This document shows, one piece after another, positions 29,803 to 41,400 of a stretch of 64,000 bases of DNA. Where the stretch lies: IMG/VR virus record IMGVR_UViG_3300047576_000059; one strand, given 5' to 3'. Within the stretch, counting starts at the first letter, position 1. The number at the start of each line of letters is the position of its first letter. The position numbers were made by a program, and so were the translations under genes. The notes under the pieces were generated by a model. It did not search any database and had not been told where the DNA came from. It saw only the letters and a list, made by a program, of their open reading frames with translations. The stretch comes from an uncultured virus (IMG/VR IMGVR_UViG_3300047576_000059). Its lineage: Duplodnaviria > Heunggongvirae > Uroviricota > Caudoviricetes.

Positions 29803-29929
29803 CGGCCATACCTTAAAAAGTTTAAGGGTATCCAGCCATGCGGAGTTACTGGAACTCTCATCCTGACGGTATCGGGATAATAAACCCTGATGTCAAGAGG
29901 AAAACTAACGATTTTTAGTTCGCATAGAA

Positions 29930-30184
29930 CTATTTTCTGTTTTTACGCCAGATGACGAATTCGGAGAATCCCATGGTGATGAGCGGTGGCAGCAAAAAGA
30001 GAAACAAGCTCACCGCCGCGAACAGCAATATAGAGACATTGCCAAACAAACAGACAACCCCGAAGACCGGGATACCGGTTAAAACACACCATCCAATCAA
30101 GGTGCGTAGTAAAAATATCTCGATTCCTTCCTCAACGTAAACGAGACCGACGTAGTCATAGACACCAAGAACCATCCGCATCAT
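29930..30184 (-). CDS. Small membrane protein
   Basis: Two hydrophobic segments and a basic C-terminus. Confidence 0.5.
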   Translation of the reverse strand: MMRMVLGVYDYVGLVYVEEGIEIFLLRTLIGWCVLTGIPVFGVVCLFGNVSILLFAAVSLFLFLLPPLITMGFSEFVIWRKNRK

Positions 30185-30220
30185 CTGCTTCCCCTGAAGC
30201 CAAACTATCGGAGGATGATA

Positions 30221-31006
30221 CTAAGAATTCACGATCAAAGCCAGATCGGCCTTTAACTGGGCCTCACTCACACCCGCCGAATTGAGCCATTGAGCATTGA
30301 ACATCGCCGTGTTGAACACCACGATCATTTCATCGACGCTCGCCGTCAGCCATTCCTCTGTGGCCTTATACATGCCGCCCCAGGTTTCGATGTCATAAAC
30401 ATTCAGACCGGTCGTCGGATCGGGCGCGTAACCAACGATCAGAAATTCATGACCGCCGACCACGGGTCCGGTTGGATTGTTCCAAAGTTCCTGGGTCATC
30501 ACCGATTCGGTCATCGTGGCACCGGTCATCACCGCCTGAAACAGATCAATCGCCGTCCTGACCTGAACCATGTCATTGAAGTTGACCGTCACGTACGGGC
30601 CAACCTTGTTGAGCACCCGACCAATGCTGATGCCGTTCTTGGCCCAGTATTCCAGCATCCCGCCAGGACCCTGCATGACGGTGCCTTGATCCGAGCTTGG
30701 AACGGCGGCATTGAACCCAGTCACATCCGAATAGGTCTGCAAACACTGCGCGGTGGTCGCGCCAATGTTGACGCCCTTCATGTACTGGTAGTCCTTGGCG
30801 ACGAGGTGATAGGTCGCCGCCTCTACACAGCAACCGTACTGATCGTTCCCCAACATCTGAATGGTCGTGAGTTCTGAGAACCAATTGCAGGATGTTGGCG
30901 GTGGTGGCAGCACTTCCAGTGTCATGCGATCACTTAGCGCGGGGATGCGAGGATCATGTACGGCGGGAAGTTTGCCGAATTTGCGTGCTGTGCTTAATTT
31001 GTCCAT
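30221..31006 (-). CDS. Putative papain-like cysteine peptidase
   Basis: MLGNDQYGCCVEAA (candidate catalytic Cys), DQG, GGHEFLIVGY (His), TWG. Confidence 0.62.
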   Translation of the reverse strand: MDKLSTARKFGKLPAVHDPRIPALSDRMTLEVLPPPPTSCNWFSELTTIQMLGNDQYGCCVEAATYHLVAKDYQYMKGVNIGATTAQCLQTYSDVTGFNAAVPSSDQGTVMQGPGGMLEYWAKNGISIGRVLNKVGPYVTVNFNDMVQVRTAIDLFQAVMTGATMTESVMTQELWNNPTGPVVGGHEFLIVGYAPDPTTGLNVYDIETWGGMYKATEEWLTASVDEMIVVFNTAMFNAQWLNSAGVSEAQLKADLALIVNS

Positions 31007-31026
31007 TTTGAAAAATCCTAAAGTAA

Positions 31027-31527
31027 TCAGGCTATCGTAACGGGCAGGCTGGGCAATATCCCAACTTCACCGTTGGTCGCCAAGTATGTTCCAAGCGCGA
31101 GATTGAAATCGTAGATATAACTCATCAATCCTGCGGAGACCTCGATGAATAATTGAGGAGTAAATTCGATAGCGTTGTACAGGAAGGTTGGCCCACCCCC
31201 CGGAATTTTCCCAGCGGTGATGCCGGTTGAAATTCCCGTCATGTAGGCTTGCGAAATCGGATCGAGCGGATAGGTCGCGTTGAGTTGCGGCATGGTGACC
31301 GAGATCAGAGGAATACCCGCAGCCAGGACGACCGGAATGACCTGTTGCGCGAGCACGGCGTAGAGATTCACGCCAGTATCGATCTGAGTAGGAGAGTTGG
31401 CCGCCGCGAGCCATGCCAGATAGTTTGTGTCAACAGGTGACACGAAAGTGAAAGTAGCAGAACTAAAGACTTGTGCGGTGGATGCTCCGATGCACCAGTA
31501 CCAATTGGACAATGTGTAAATGGGCAT
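31027..31527 (-). CDS. Tail fibre assembly/chaperone-like protein
   Basis: Lies after the fibre genes; Y.AWLAA.N.PT pattern; TAAATA upstream (31546-31551, minus). Confidence 0.55.
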   Translation of the reverse strand: MPIYTLSNWYWCIGASTAQVFSSATFTFVSPVDTNYLAWLAAANSPTQIDTGVNLYAVLAQQVIPVVLAAGIPLISVTMPQLNATYPLDPISQAYMTGISTGITAGKIPGGGPTFLYNAIEFTPQLFIEVSAGLMSYIYDFNLALGTYLATNGEVGILPSLPVTIA

Positions 31528-31564
31528 CTCAGGAATCCTCGTTTCTATTTATCGCTCTTGGGAA

Positions 31565-33058
31565 TCACGTGTATTGGCCGCCACTGCTCGTTGCACCGGC
31601 AACGGTTCCGACGAAGTAATTGGCTCCTCCGCCATTGGTGAGAATCACGCCATTCGTGCTCGCCGAGTAACGAGTTCCGGTCGAATTGTTGCCCGTCCAC
31701 GCGAGGCCAATGGCTTCGATGACGCCGCATTCATTGACGTTGGCGGTGACACCCAACGAGACGCCGGTTCCGATGTTGATCGTTGTATTGCTGGCCGAGA
31801 TCACACCACAGGCATGCGCGTAGAAGAGCCCGTTCGCGGTGACGCCATTGGTGACTGAAATATTGGAACCGACTGCGATCTGCCCGCCCGTGGAAGAAAT
31901 CATGGCGAAATTCGTGTACAGACCAAAGGTGATGTTTTGAATGCTGATGACCGCCCCGCCACCAGTGTTTATGACGGTGCCATAATTGGTCGTGTTGGAA
32001 ACGTTCGCCGAAAGGGTGAAACCATTGAACAGCACATTCACGTTCCCGCTGGCGGCGACCGTATCATTCACCGAGGTGATGGAAATCGTGCACGAGGAGG
32101 GTGAGCCTGGATTTCCGACGATCTGGACGGTGCCAGCCCCATTCGGCATCCTTCCAAGGGCGACGGCGGAGTTATAGGTGCCATTCGCGACCTGGATGGT
32201 TACCCCATAGCTGTTGACATTGTAGGTCTGAAGCAAATATTGCCACGCCCCGTTGATCGACGCGAAGGGAGCGGCGGATGTGCCATTGCCGGTGGTGTCA
32301 TTGCCGCTGGTGGCGACATTGATCGTCAAGGGCGCGGCCAGAAACACCAGACCCGGAGAACCGGACGATATCAGTTGGAAATGCGTGCCGTCATAGATGA
32401 CGGAAATGATGGAACCCGCCGTGATGAGCCCAGGTGGAATGGCGATTGTGTTGTTGCCGGTGACTAAAGTGACCGCGCCGAAGGAATTGAGATTGAGCGT
32501 TGTCGTGCCGGTATTAGTATTAGCCACCTTCACGTTGATCGGAATGCCGAGCAATGAGGCCAATGTCCCCGGCGCGGGCGATAGCGCAGCGACCATGGTG
32601 TTGACGGTGCCACTGTCAACCGCGTACTTCTTCACATAGGACGGATAGTAGTACCAGTTGCTGCCCAGTCGGCTGGCCAGCGCGGGCAGGCCATCGTCGC
32701 TGTTGTAGGCATCCACCAGATACAACGCCGTGGCGGCGCTCGTGGGGGCTGGCAACGCGCCATCCGTGGCGACCTCGGTGATGCCGGTGCCGCGAATGTC
32801 GGAGGTGTTCCACGCGCTACCATTCCAGATTTCCAGAATGGACAGGGTCGTGTTGTACCAAAGCTGACCGACCAAAGGATTCGGTGGTGGCGTGGTGTAG
32901 GCGAAATTCTCCAGCAAATGCACCAGGTCATTCGCGATGTATCCGCCATAGACACTGAAGTTACGTCCGAGCAACGTGAGTGATGACGTATTATCAACGG
33001 TCGTGTCCGCGACCGTGGTGAGAATCGTTCCGTCAGTTAAAGTGACAATATATGGCAA
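31565..33058 (-). CDS. Baseplate-anchored fibre protein, paralog 1 (TTG start)
   Basis: N-terminal SLTLLGRNF..YG..IAND.VHLLENF...P.NPLVGQLWY baseplate domain; C-terminal beta-helix-like region. Confidence 0.75.
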   Translation of the reverse strand: MPYIVTLTDGTILTTVADTTVDNTSSLTLLGRNFSVYGGYIANDLVHLLENFAYTTPPPNPLVGQLWYNTTLSILEIWNGSAWNTSDIRGTGITEVATDGALPAPTSAATALYLVDAYNSDDGLPALASRLGSNWYYYPSYVKKYAVDSGTVNTMVAALSPAPGTLASLLGIPINVKVANTNTGTTTLNLNSFGAVTLVTGNNTIAIPPGLITAGSIISVIYDGTHFQLISSGSPGLVFLAAPLTINVATSGNDTTGNGTSAAPFASINGAWQYLLQTYNVNSYGVTIQVANGTYNSAVALGRMPNGAGTVQIVGNPGSPSSCTISITSVNDTVAASGNVNVLFNGFTLSANVSNTTNYGTVINTGGGAVISIQNITFGLYTNFAMISSTGGQIAVGSNISVTNGVTANGLFYAHACGVISASNTTINIGTGVSLGVTANVNECGVIEAIGLAWTGNNSTGTRYSASTNGVILTNGGGANYFVGTVAGATSSGGQYT

Positions 33059-33104
33059 GATAATCTCCTGGATTTATTTATCCAAGGAGCAAATCACGAT
33101 AGAG

Positions 33105-34652
33105 TCAGAAGCCAATACTCCACCAATATATGGTATTGTTGTCGACCGTTGCGATCAAGCCGATAGCGATATTACTGTTACCATCTGGCGCAGCACCCAC
33201 GTAATTGTTGGCCGTTGGAGCGGCTCCAAAGGATGCGAATGCCGCGAGATGGGCGTTCGGATAAGCATAATTGAGGCCGACCGACTGATTAGCGCCAGTG
33301 GTTGGTACGACAAGGCTTCCCCAATTGATGATCAGACCATTTGGGAAAATCTGATAGCCGTTTTGGGCTGCGCTCCAACCAAGAAAGTCGTTCAGAATGG
33401 TACCGATGGCTGGATTTCCGGTTCCAGCCGCGCCATGAGCGGCCACCAAATATCCAGTTGAGGCAGTGATATTTCCGGTATTGGCGGTTATAGCCCCCGC
33501 TGCTGTGACGGTTGAGTTCGAAACGACCGTATTACCAGCGATCTGGGCAGTCGCGGTGATGTTGGGAGCCTGAATGTAGTTGGCGAGGACATCGGCGGCG
33601 GCGACCACGTTGGTACCAGCTATGACTTCGCCTGCTGCGGAGATGTTTGAACCGGTTGAGACGATTTGTCCGGTGGCTGTTATCTGGCCAGGTACGGCAA
33701 GATTTCCATAACCGGTGATATTCCCAACATCATCTATTTGGAGAATTTGTTCCGTATACGCACTGTTAACGAGACTGAATACGCCGTTTAAAACTCGAAT
33801 GTATTTGTTCGGCGTGGTCGAGCCATTGCCAATCAGTTTGATATTGGCACCAACGTTGTTATTAACCGACGAGATTGTTAAACTTGATTCAGAACTGGTG
33901 CTCGCATCCGTTATGGTCGGTTCGCCCGTGAAATGTGGCGAATTCAGCCAGTTGGCTCCGCCAACCAATTGGAAATTGGAGCCATCATAAACGACGGTTA
34001 TCACGCTACCAGCAGATATTTCGCCCGGTGTAAGAGCCACCCCGGTTGTATTGATGAGGTTGACCGCGCCAAAAGAATTCAGATTGAGCGTTGTCGCCCC
34101 TGTATTGGTGTTCGCCACGTTTATGTTGAACGATATTCCGACCATCCACGCTAGTGAGTTTGGCGCTGGCTCGATGAACGCGCTCAGCGCGTTGGCGATG
34201 CCAACATCAAGGGCGTATTTGTCCACATAGGATGGATAGTAGTACCATGAATTGCCGAGGCGATTGGCGAGCGCGGGCAAGCCATTGTAGCTGTTGTAGG
34301 CATCGATCAGATAGACCGGAGAGGCGGCGAGACTGGCCGCTGGCAGCGCGGCATCGGTCGCGACCTCGGTGATGGCTCCCACGCCACGAATGTTTGACGT
34401 GGCCCACGCCGTGCCATTCCAGATTTCCAACTGGGCCAGGGTCGTGTTATACCAAAGCTGTCCCACCAACGGATTCGCCGGAGGGGTGGCATAGGAGAAA
34501 TTCTCCAACAGATGAACGAAATCCTCCGCGATGTAATCACCGTAACCAGCGAAATTCCGCCCGACGAGCGTGAGTGATGACGTGTTGTCAACAGTCGTGT
34601 CGGCGACCGTGGTGAGAAGCGTTCCGTTAGTTAAAGTGACTGTATATGGCAA
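33105..34652 (-). CDS. Baseplate-anchored fibre protein, paralog 2 (TTG start)
   Basis: Shares the N-terminal ~230 aa with paralog 1; C-terminal NGYQIFPNGLIINWG tail-fibre tip domain. Confidence 0.75.
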   Translation of the reverse strand: MPYTVTLTNGTLLTTVADTTVDNTSSLTLVGRNFAGYGDYIAEDFVHLLENFSYATPPANPLVGQLWYNTTLAQLEIWNGTAWATSNIRGVGAITEVATDAALPAASLAASPVYLIDAYNSYNGLPALANRLGNSWYYYPSYVDKYALDVGIANALSAFIEPAPNSLAWMVGISFNINVANTNTGATTLNLNSFGAVNLINTTGVALTPGEISAGSVITVVYDGSNFQLVGGANWLNSPHFTGEPTITDASTSSESSLTISSVNNNVGANIKLIGNGSTTPNKYIRVLNGVFSLVNSAYTEQILQIDDVGNITGYGNLAVPGQITATGQIVSTGSNISAAGEVIAGTNVVAAADVLANYIQAPNITATAQIAGNTVVSNSTVTAAGAITANTGNITASTGYLVAAHGAAGTGNPAIGTILNDFLGWSAAQNGYQIFPNGLIINWGSLVVPTTGANQSVGLNYAYPNAHLAAFASFGAAPTANNYVGAAPDGNSNIAIGLIATVDNNTIYWWSIGF

Positions 34653-34665
34653 GATAATCTCCTGT

Positions 34666-35272
34666 TCAGGCCATGATGATTCGAAGTGTGTAGATTATCT
34701 CGATTCTTCTATTGAGAGATTTCTGCACAGGATGGAAAATGACATGACACAATAAAATGGAAGTCAAACTGACTGGGTCATAGGTCGTCAGTCCAATCTC
34801 ATCGAAAATGAACGTTCCAGCCACGTCGGAAGCATCGTCAAACGCTTCTTGGCCGGATGGTTCATTGTAGTCCAGCAAGCAAGTGACCACGACATCGGAA
34901 TAAGTATTGCCCAGTGTGTGATTGACCCGGATGAAATTGTCGGTCGGATCAGTATTCAGTGGACTCAGATCATCGACGAACTGCGCGTAGGTCTGATTGT
35001 ACAAGGTCGCGTCCAGACCAACGACGTTCGGCGGCAGATACGTGATCGTGCCAACGGCGGAAACCGCTGACGCGCCATTGCCAAACACCATCTGCATGAT
35101 ATTGCCGTTCGGACGATTTGCTAAGGATAGCGCCAGAGCATACGAGAGACTTTCAAAATTGACCGCGTTGGTCGTATCAAGGAGGATTTCCCTTGCTATC
35201 AAAATCCTGAACCTTCACAAGACCAATGATTTTCGGGTACGATGCGTCGATCAGATCAGTCTTTGTTGTCAT
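34666..35272 (-). CDS. Conserved baseplate/tail structural protein (one apparent +1 indel near 35190)
   Basis: FGNG, FDEIGL, LLCHVIFHPVQKSLNRRIEIIYTLRI; the N-terminus MTTKTD...GLVKVQDFDSK joins after removing one G. Confidence 0.72.
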
Positions 35273-35289
35273 TATTCTTCTTACTTTCT

Positions 35290-35397
35290 TTATCTCTTTG
35301 ACGTAAAATCACTTTCCCCGGTATCAGGATCACGGATAATAAGATGACCGATCACGTTTACATTCGAAGGGTCAAGAAGCTCATCATTTTTACTCAT
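35290..35397 (-). CDS. Small structural protein (GHLIIRDPDTGE), probably frameshifted
   Basis: Follows TAAATA (35403-35408, minus); removing one base restores GEVILRQR. Confidence 0.45.
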   Translation of the reverse strand: MSKNDELLDPSNVNVIGHLIIRDPDTGESDFTSKR

Positions 35398-35430
35398 GAC
35401 TTTATTTATGCTCGAATTAAATCTACACTT

Positions 35431-38400
35431 TTAGTTACCGATGATCTGGTGCATTGGTTCCGCTTCACGGTCACCCGCGATCATTCCCACCGGTACCGGA
35501 AGGGTGAACTGCTCTGAGCCATTGAACACTTGAGTACCAATCGGATAGATGAACCCATTGGTCATCGCCACGGTGACGAACGCGCCAGCCGCAGCCGTCA
35601 ACACGACCAGAATGCTATCATCCACCGTGGTGGCGATGAAATCAGTATACGGAATGCCATTGACGGCCACCTCAAGCACTCCAACACCGTTCGCCGTGCT
35701 AATGGTGTAGGTCTGCGCGCTGCCGTTCGCCGTGCCACCGTTGACGCTACGCTGCTCAGCTATCGTGGTACCATGCGTGCCGCGTCGTAATCCGCTGAGC
35801 GTGGCGACGCCATCCGATGCCGCGTAGGCGAAATATTCGATCCGTTCGCCACCAATCCAGACCACGCCTGGCTGACCCACGATGGGATCGAAAAAACAAA
35901 TTTGGTTCCTGTAACTTGGGAGCCAGTTGCTTGAGGAACAACGACACCACGATTTGCGTGTCAGTCGGCGCGAGCGTGTTCACCAGTGAACCGGCCATGT
36001 ACGGCGTCTGTCGGCAATACTCGAAACTGGCGTTTGAACAATGGCAACGGCACGGTAGGCGCGTTGGTCGATAATCCGGTTTCCTGTTGACCGTTCGCCA
36101 GTAGCACCGGAGTCATGCGATAGAACGCCGGAGTATTGGTCGACACCACCCAGGACAACGATTCGCGCTCCGCCTGAGCGGTGGCGATGGTGGCGACAAT
36201 CGGTCCATTCACGGTAGGATTGAAAATGTTCATAATGGAGTCGTTGATGCCATAATCCCACGGATTACTGTTCAACAACGTCGCATCCCATCCGATGTCG
36301 GTGCCACCAATTTGGTAATTGATGTCAGGTGCCAGGGCGAGACCGTTCATCGTCACCAAAGCATAACTTTTCTCAAATGGCACGGGAACGAAATAGCATC
36401 CCACGTAGCCGGTCGGATAGGTGACGGTCTGAAGCCCCCATCGATGAGGCGTTTTCAAAGATGGTCGCCTCGATACGGTTCAGATAACTTAACGGTCGGT
36501 TGATGGTGAGGACGCCGGAACTGATCGTGTAATCCGGTGTCGTGCCAACAAACTCAAGCACGACCGCGACCTCACCCGTGAAATCTGCCTCAAGCGACAC
36601 CATTAAACTGTCGAAAAACACAAATTGTCCGGTGATGTCGGTTGGGCGGCGGCGAAGGCACGATCATCCCATAGGGATAATCGCCATAGGTTTCCAGGAT
36701 CGTCACCGGTTGGATCGATGAACCAACGGTTTGTGAAATAGAGACAGTGTACGTTCCAAGACCGCCTGTCGTGCCGGTTAGCTGCTCGACGATTGTCGTG
36801 CCAGTCGCGACACCGCTTTGTGAAAGGACACCACCATTGACGGCGAGGAAATTAGGACTTTCCAGATTCATGATGGTAAGAACCGTGCCAGCGATCCAGC
36901 CATTGAAAGGGCCAGCATTGAACGCGAATGGAACGGAGTTGCCATACAATTCGCCATTGACGTAAATCGTGACGGTGGTCGTGTTGATTGGCGGAACGGG
37001 CAGGAACATCGAAGGATTTTCAATCGTGAACGTACCATACCAGGTCATCGGCGGAGCCAGTCTTTCGCCATCGACCTCGACGATGGTTCCGGCATGTTCC
37101 GGGACAGTCTGTGAATCACGCGGACTCAAGGTCCAACTCTGAGCATAGAAATCAAGAACCTGAAGCTGGGTCATCGTGAAGTAGTTGCCCGACAAAGCTT
37201 CCCATGTGCCGCCGATCAAAACATGACCAATAGTGGTATAAGTCGAATCGGTGATGACGATGGCGGTTGAAGGAAGACTGATCCACGATCCCACCGAGGT
37301 CAGCCAGGTGCCGTCCTCCGACCTCTGTACAGCCACCGAGATGGTGGACCCCACCATGGTCATGATCACCGTGTAAAACCCGCTGGAGAGCGTTCCAAGC
37401 TCCACCACGGTGGGAATACCGCTTGGCATGACCATAAGTTGCACGAACATGTCCGTGCCATTCGACGTGATCGCCGCCTGATAGCCGTTATTCGAGCCAT
37501 TGGCCCGCCCGACCGCGTAGATGATCGAACTATTGAGCGGCACCTCGCCGTAGCTCGTCAGATTGACATTGAAAGTGACGATGTAATCCGAGATGGCGGG
37601 CACCGTGGTCGCCTGATATTCAATCGCGCCCACCGACGCGGGGACCAGGGCGTCGCTTTCGATCTCGCCATTGATCGTGCTTATCTTGGTGAAGCTCGCG
37701 CTGATGTCACTGCCGTTTGAATAGCTTTGCAGCAACGTGTTATTAGCGGCGGTGAAGCTGCAAAGGATGACCTCGGGTGGCGTGAGATAACTCAGCGTTT
37801 GGGTGACCATCGTGGTGGCGGTCGATGCGCCGCCATCATAAACGATCACCGCCACATCGGTGCCGGAACTCGGTGGCGACGCCAAGGTGACCTCACTGCC
37901 ACTCACCGTGTAGCCACTGGCCAACAGAACTCCGTCTTGCACGACCGCGACGTTGGCCGTGGTCGAAGCCATGTCCAGGGTGATTGGATTGCTTGAAAAT
38001 GACACATAGTTTCGGTCGTCGATGACTGATGTGCCACCGAAACCAAAAACATGAATTTGCACCAGGTTCACGCCAGTGATGTTGACGGTGACGGTACGAT
38101 CAAAATAATCCAGCGTGTAATCGGTTCCCAGCACGCCGCGCACGCCGTCCATGAAAACCATGACGGCGACCGATGATTGCGCTATCAGATCATAATATAG
38201 TGTCGCGGTAGCGGTCGTGTAAGCACTAACATCATAGACCTTGATGATTTGTGACGGACCACCAACGTCCTCATCAGCCGAGACGGTGATCTGTATATTA
38301 TCATCACCAATGAACGGAATCCGTTCCTCCGGATGATTGGCCGAGTAATACGGCGAACGCAAATCGAAGCCGCCCGGACGACTGGTCAACGGAGGATTGA

Positions 38401-41400
38401 TGCTGTAATCGATGGCTGGTGATGCCAACGTGGAGCCATCATAAGTCGAATCATAAATGGTGGTGACGATATCGAGCGGGTCCGTGTCGAACGGAGCCAT
38501 GTCGAACTCTGACACGGGAGCGGTGTAGTTCTGAAGCTCATAGCCATCGACCCAATCCGGCAGATCGATGGTGACATAGGTTCCCGCCCCAATGACGCCA
38601 ACGGTCGGGCCACTCAACGTCACCGTCGTGTCGTCCATCGCCAGCACCGTGGTGCCTTGAAGGATGTTGGGGCCAAGCACCGGCTGACCGACCAGGATAC
38701 CCGTGGTGTCGGAGAAGGTCAGCACGGTCGCGCCGGATGGCGCATCTGCCGTGAGGACGAAATTCAGTGATTCACTCTTCATTCCACGATCCATGAGCGC
38801 GTCAGGATCGTTCGGATTCATGTTGGCGGTCGGTGTGTAACTTTGCGCGATTCGCGATGATGCCGATGGCATGTTGATGACGGCCTCGACCACGTTGCCA
38901 GCTACGCCATCGGACATGTAAATATGGCCGCTCACGGTGGTCAAAGTGCCACTGACGCCATACTGAGTGGTTGATACGTTCACCGCGTCGGGCACGATGG
39001 CGGCGATTTGATAACTATGCGTTCCGATATTGATGGTCAGTGGCAGCGTCTCGCTGACCGGTGTCAGACCACCATAGACATATTGCAGGAAGCGAATATC
39101 ATCCACTTCGATGGTTGCACTATTAACCAGCAGAGACGTGGTGACCGTGGTGTGGACATAGACCGAGGTGAACGGACTGTCGGTGGCATCCCAGGGGCCG
39201 GAATCCCATGGCGAGGTATCCCAACTGTCATCGACATCGTAACGATCAAAGATGATCGTTATGTCGAAGCCGCGCACCAGATTCGGCGCGGACTGATAAT
39301 TGTCGTACCAATAGCTCCATGGCAGTGTCTGCAAAATGGCGATGTCGTTGACGAGATCGAGCGGGCGATACAAATTTGTTGAAGGATCAAGATAAACCGG
39401 ATTGTCGAAATCGGTGATCGTGCCACTGGCGTCATCCATGTTGAGACTGTACTGCGTGGAATATTCACGTATCTTCACATGGTAGGGTTTGACCTCGTTG
39501 ATGTAATCGATCAGATCATCCGTGGGATCGGGGATCAGATAAGGTGTCTGTTCGAGCGGTATGTTGTATCCGGCGATGGTCATGAAGGAAGTCTTGAACG
39601 CCCATGCCACGTCAGCCTGTTGCGCGTGACAGAAATTCACGATATCGAACCAGTTCTGGTTGATTTCGCTGTCCAGCAACAAGCCGCCATATCTCAGCGC
39701 CTGCGCGAGGATGTAGATTTCCCATGTGCCATCACGGTTCGCGATGTCGGTTACACTGAGCGAATTGATGCCATGAATTGGCAGCAATGGATTATAGAAA
39801 CTGCTGCTCAACGCGATGGTGCCATTTTCAAGCGCGACGGTGTTCCAGGTCGTCCCATCGAACATCGTCCAAATCCAGGAATGATCCGGCGTGCCGTCAT
39901 CACTCACCACCACGAACAGATTGTTGGGCGATGTGCCTTCAGTGCTATTGCGAGCGGCTGTTGTCGCGTAGGTGACGATGGGCGGGTTGGATGCTGAATA
40001 GCCACTGGCGTACCAGTTCACGAACGAAAAGAAATCTGTGGTCCGATAGGTTTGCACGCGCCATAAAACGAAGCCCAGAGCATTCGCCTGTGAATTGCCC
40101 GGTTCCCATTTCCAGATCGCCCAGAAGCCGCTGTTATCGGCTTCCACCAGTACCCGATCTCCGACATTGATGGTCGGGGTGGGGATGTTGACCAAAGCGT
40201 CGAGCGCCGTCTCATTGGCCACTGACCATTCATATGAGGTTCTTAGCGTGAACACGATGTCCGCGTTCTGCAAAATCGCCGACAGCCCGTCATACTTGGC
40301 CGCGATGGTTGGATTATAGTTCCAGATGCTCCAACCCTGATACGGCGACGGGTTGCCACGCCGATCAATCAACACCCGAATGATGCCGGTGGCGTTGATG
40401 AAATCCGATCTCGCGATGAGATTATTGCGTTGATCCAAACTATAAACCATGACATCCCATTCATTCGTGGGGGCTGGTTCATACGGATACGATTCATCAA
40501 TCTGGGTCCAGATCAGATTTGGATCGATGGACGTGCTGCGTTCTATCGTGCTGATATAGGTCTGACGTTGGGTGGAAATCGCGGTCTCCGCCAGAATGTT
40601 GTTGATGCTTTCAACGAAAGTCTCTCTGGCGTCCATCAGGCCGGAACGTGTACCATCGGAATCGTCCACCTGGAACATGTTTTGCAACAAACCGATACCG
40701 GTGCCACGGGTGGGAGCCAGCGATGGATCGGGCAACTTACTGAAATTGTTCAGCACGTTGAAACCCATCAGACTGTCGCGCAACTTGAACCATAACTGAT
40801 CCGGAGGCAGTGATGTCTCGTCGGTCGGACGCATCAATATCCATTCATCATGCGTGCCTGGGTTATTGCCCGTGTCCAGCGTCAATCTCACTTTCATCAC
40901 GGAATCGACATCGTTCAGAAACTGAATGACGCCACTGACGATGAGCGCGTCCGCGTTGATCGGTGACATAAAGGAGAGATCGAGACTCGATGGGTTGGTG
41001 ATGCCAGCCGCGATGGTGGTAATGTCGGTGTTGCGAAATGGCAGCATGGGAACCGTGGTCAGTCCCGATACCCAGTAGTAATAGGTGGTCGTGGTGAGAC
41101 CTGAGACCGGATCGTACGCGATTTCCTCGACCCAGTTATATCCAGCGTCGGGATCGGTTGGATCGACGATGTTAGGATTACCATTCGGTACCACGTAAAC
41201 TGTTCCTGCACCGGAATAAGACCCTGGATCATCGCTGCTTTGTGTCCATTCATAAATGTCCACCGATGTGTTGGGCGCGATCTGCGCCCAGTTATTGGCA
41301 CGATAGTAAAGCTCAGCCAAATCCCTGGTTTGAGATGCACCGATAATATCCGTGTAAGGATCAAGGAATTTCACGGTGGACAAATTCCACCATACGCGGC

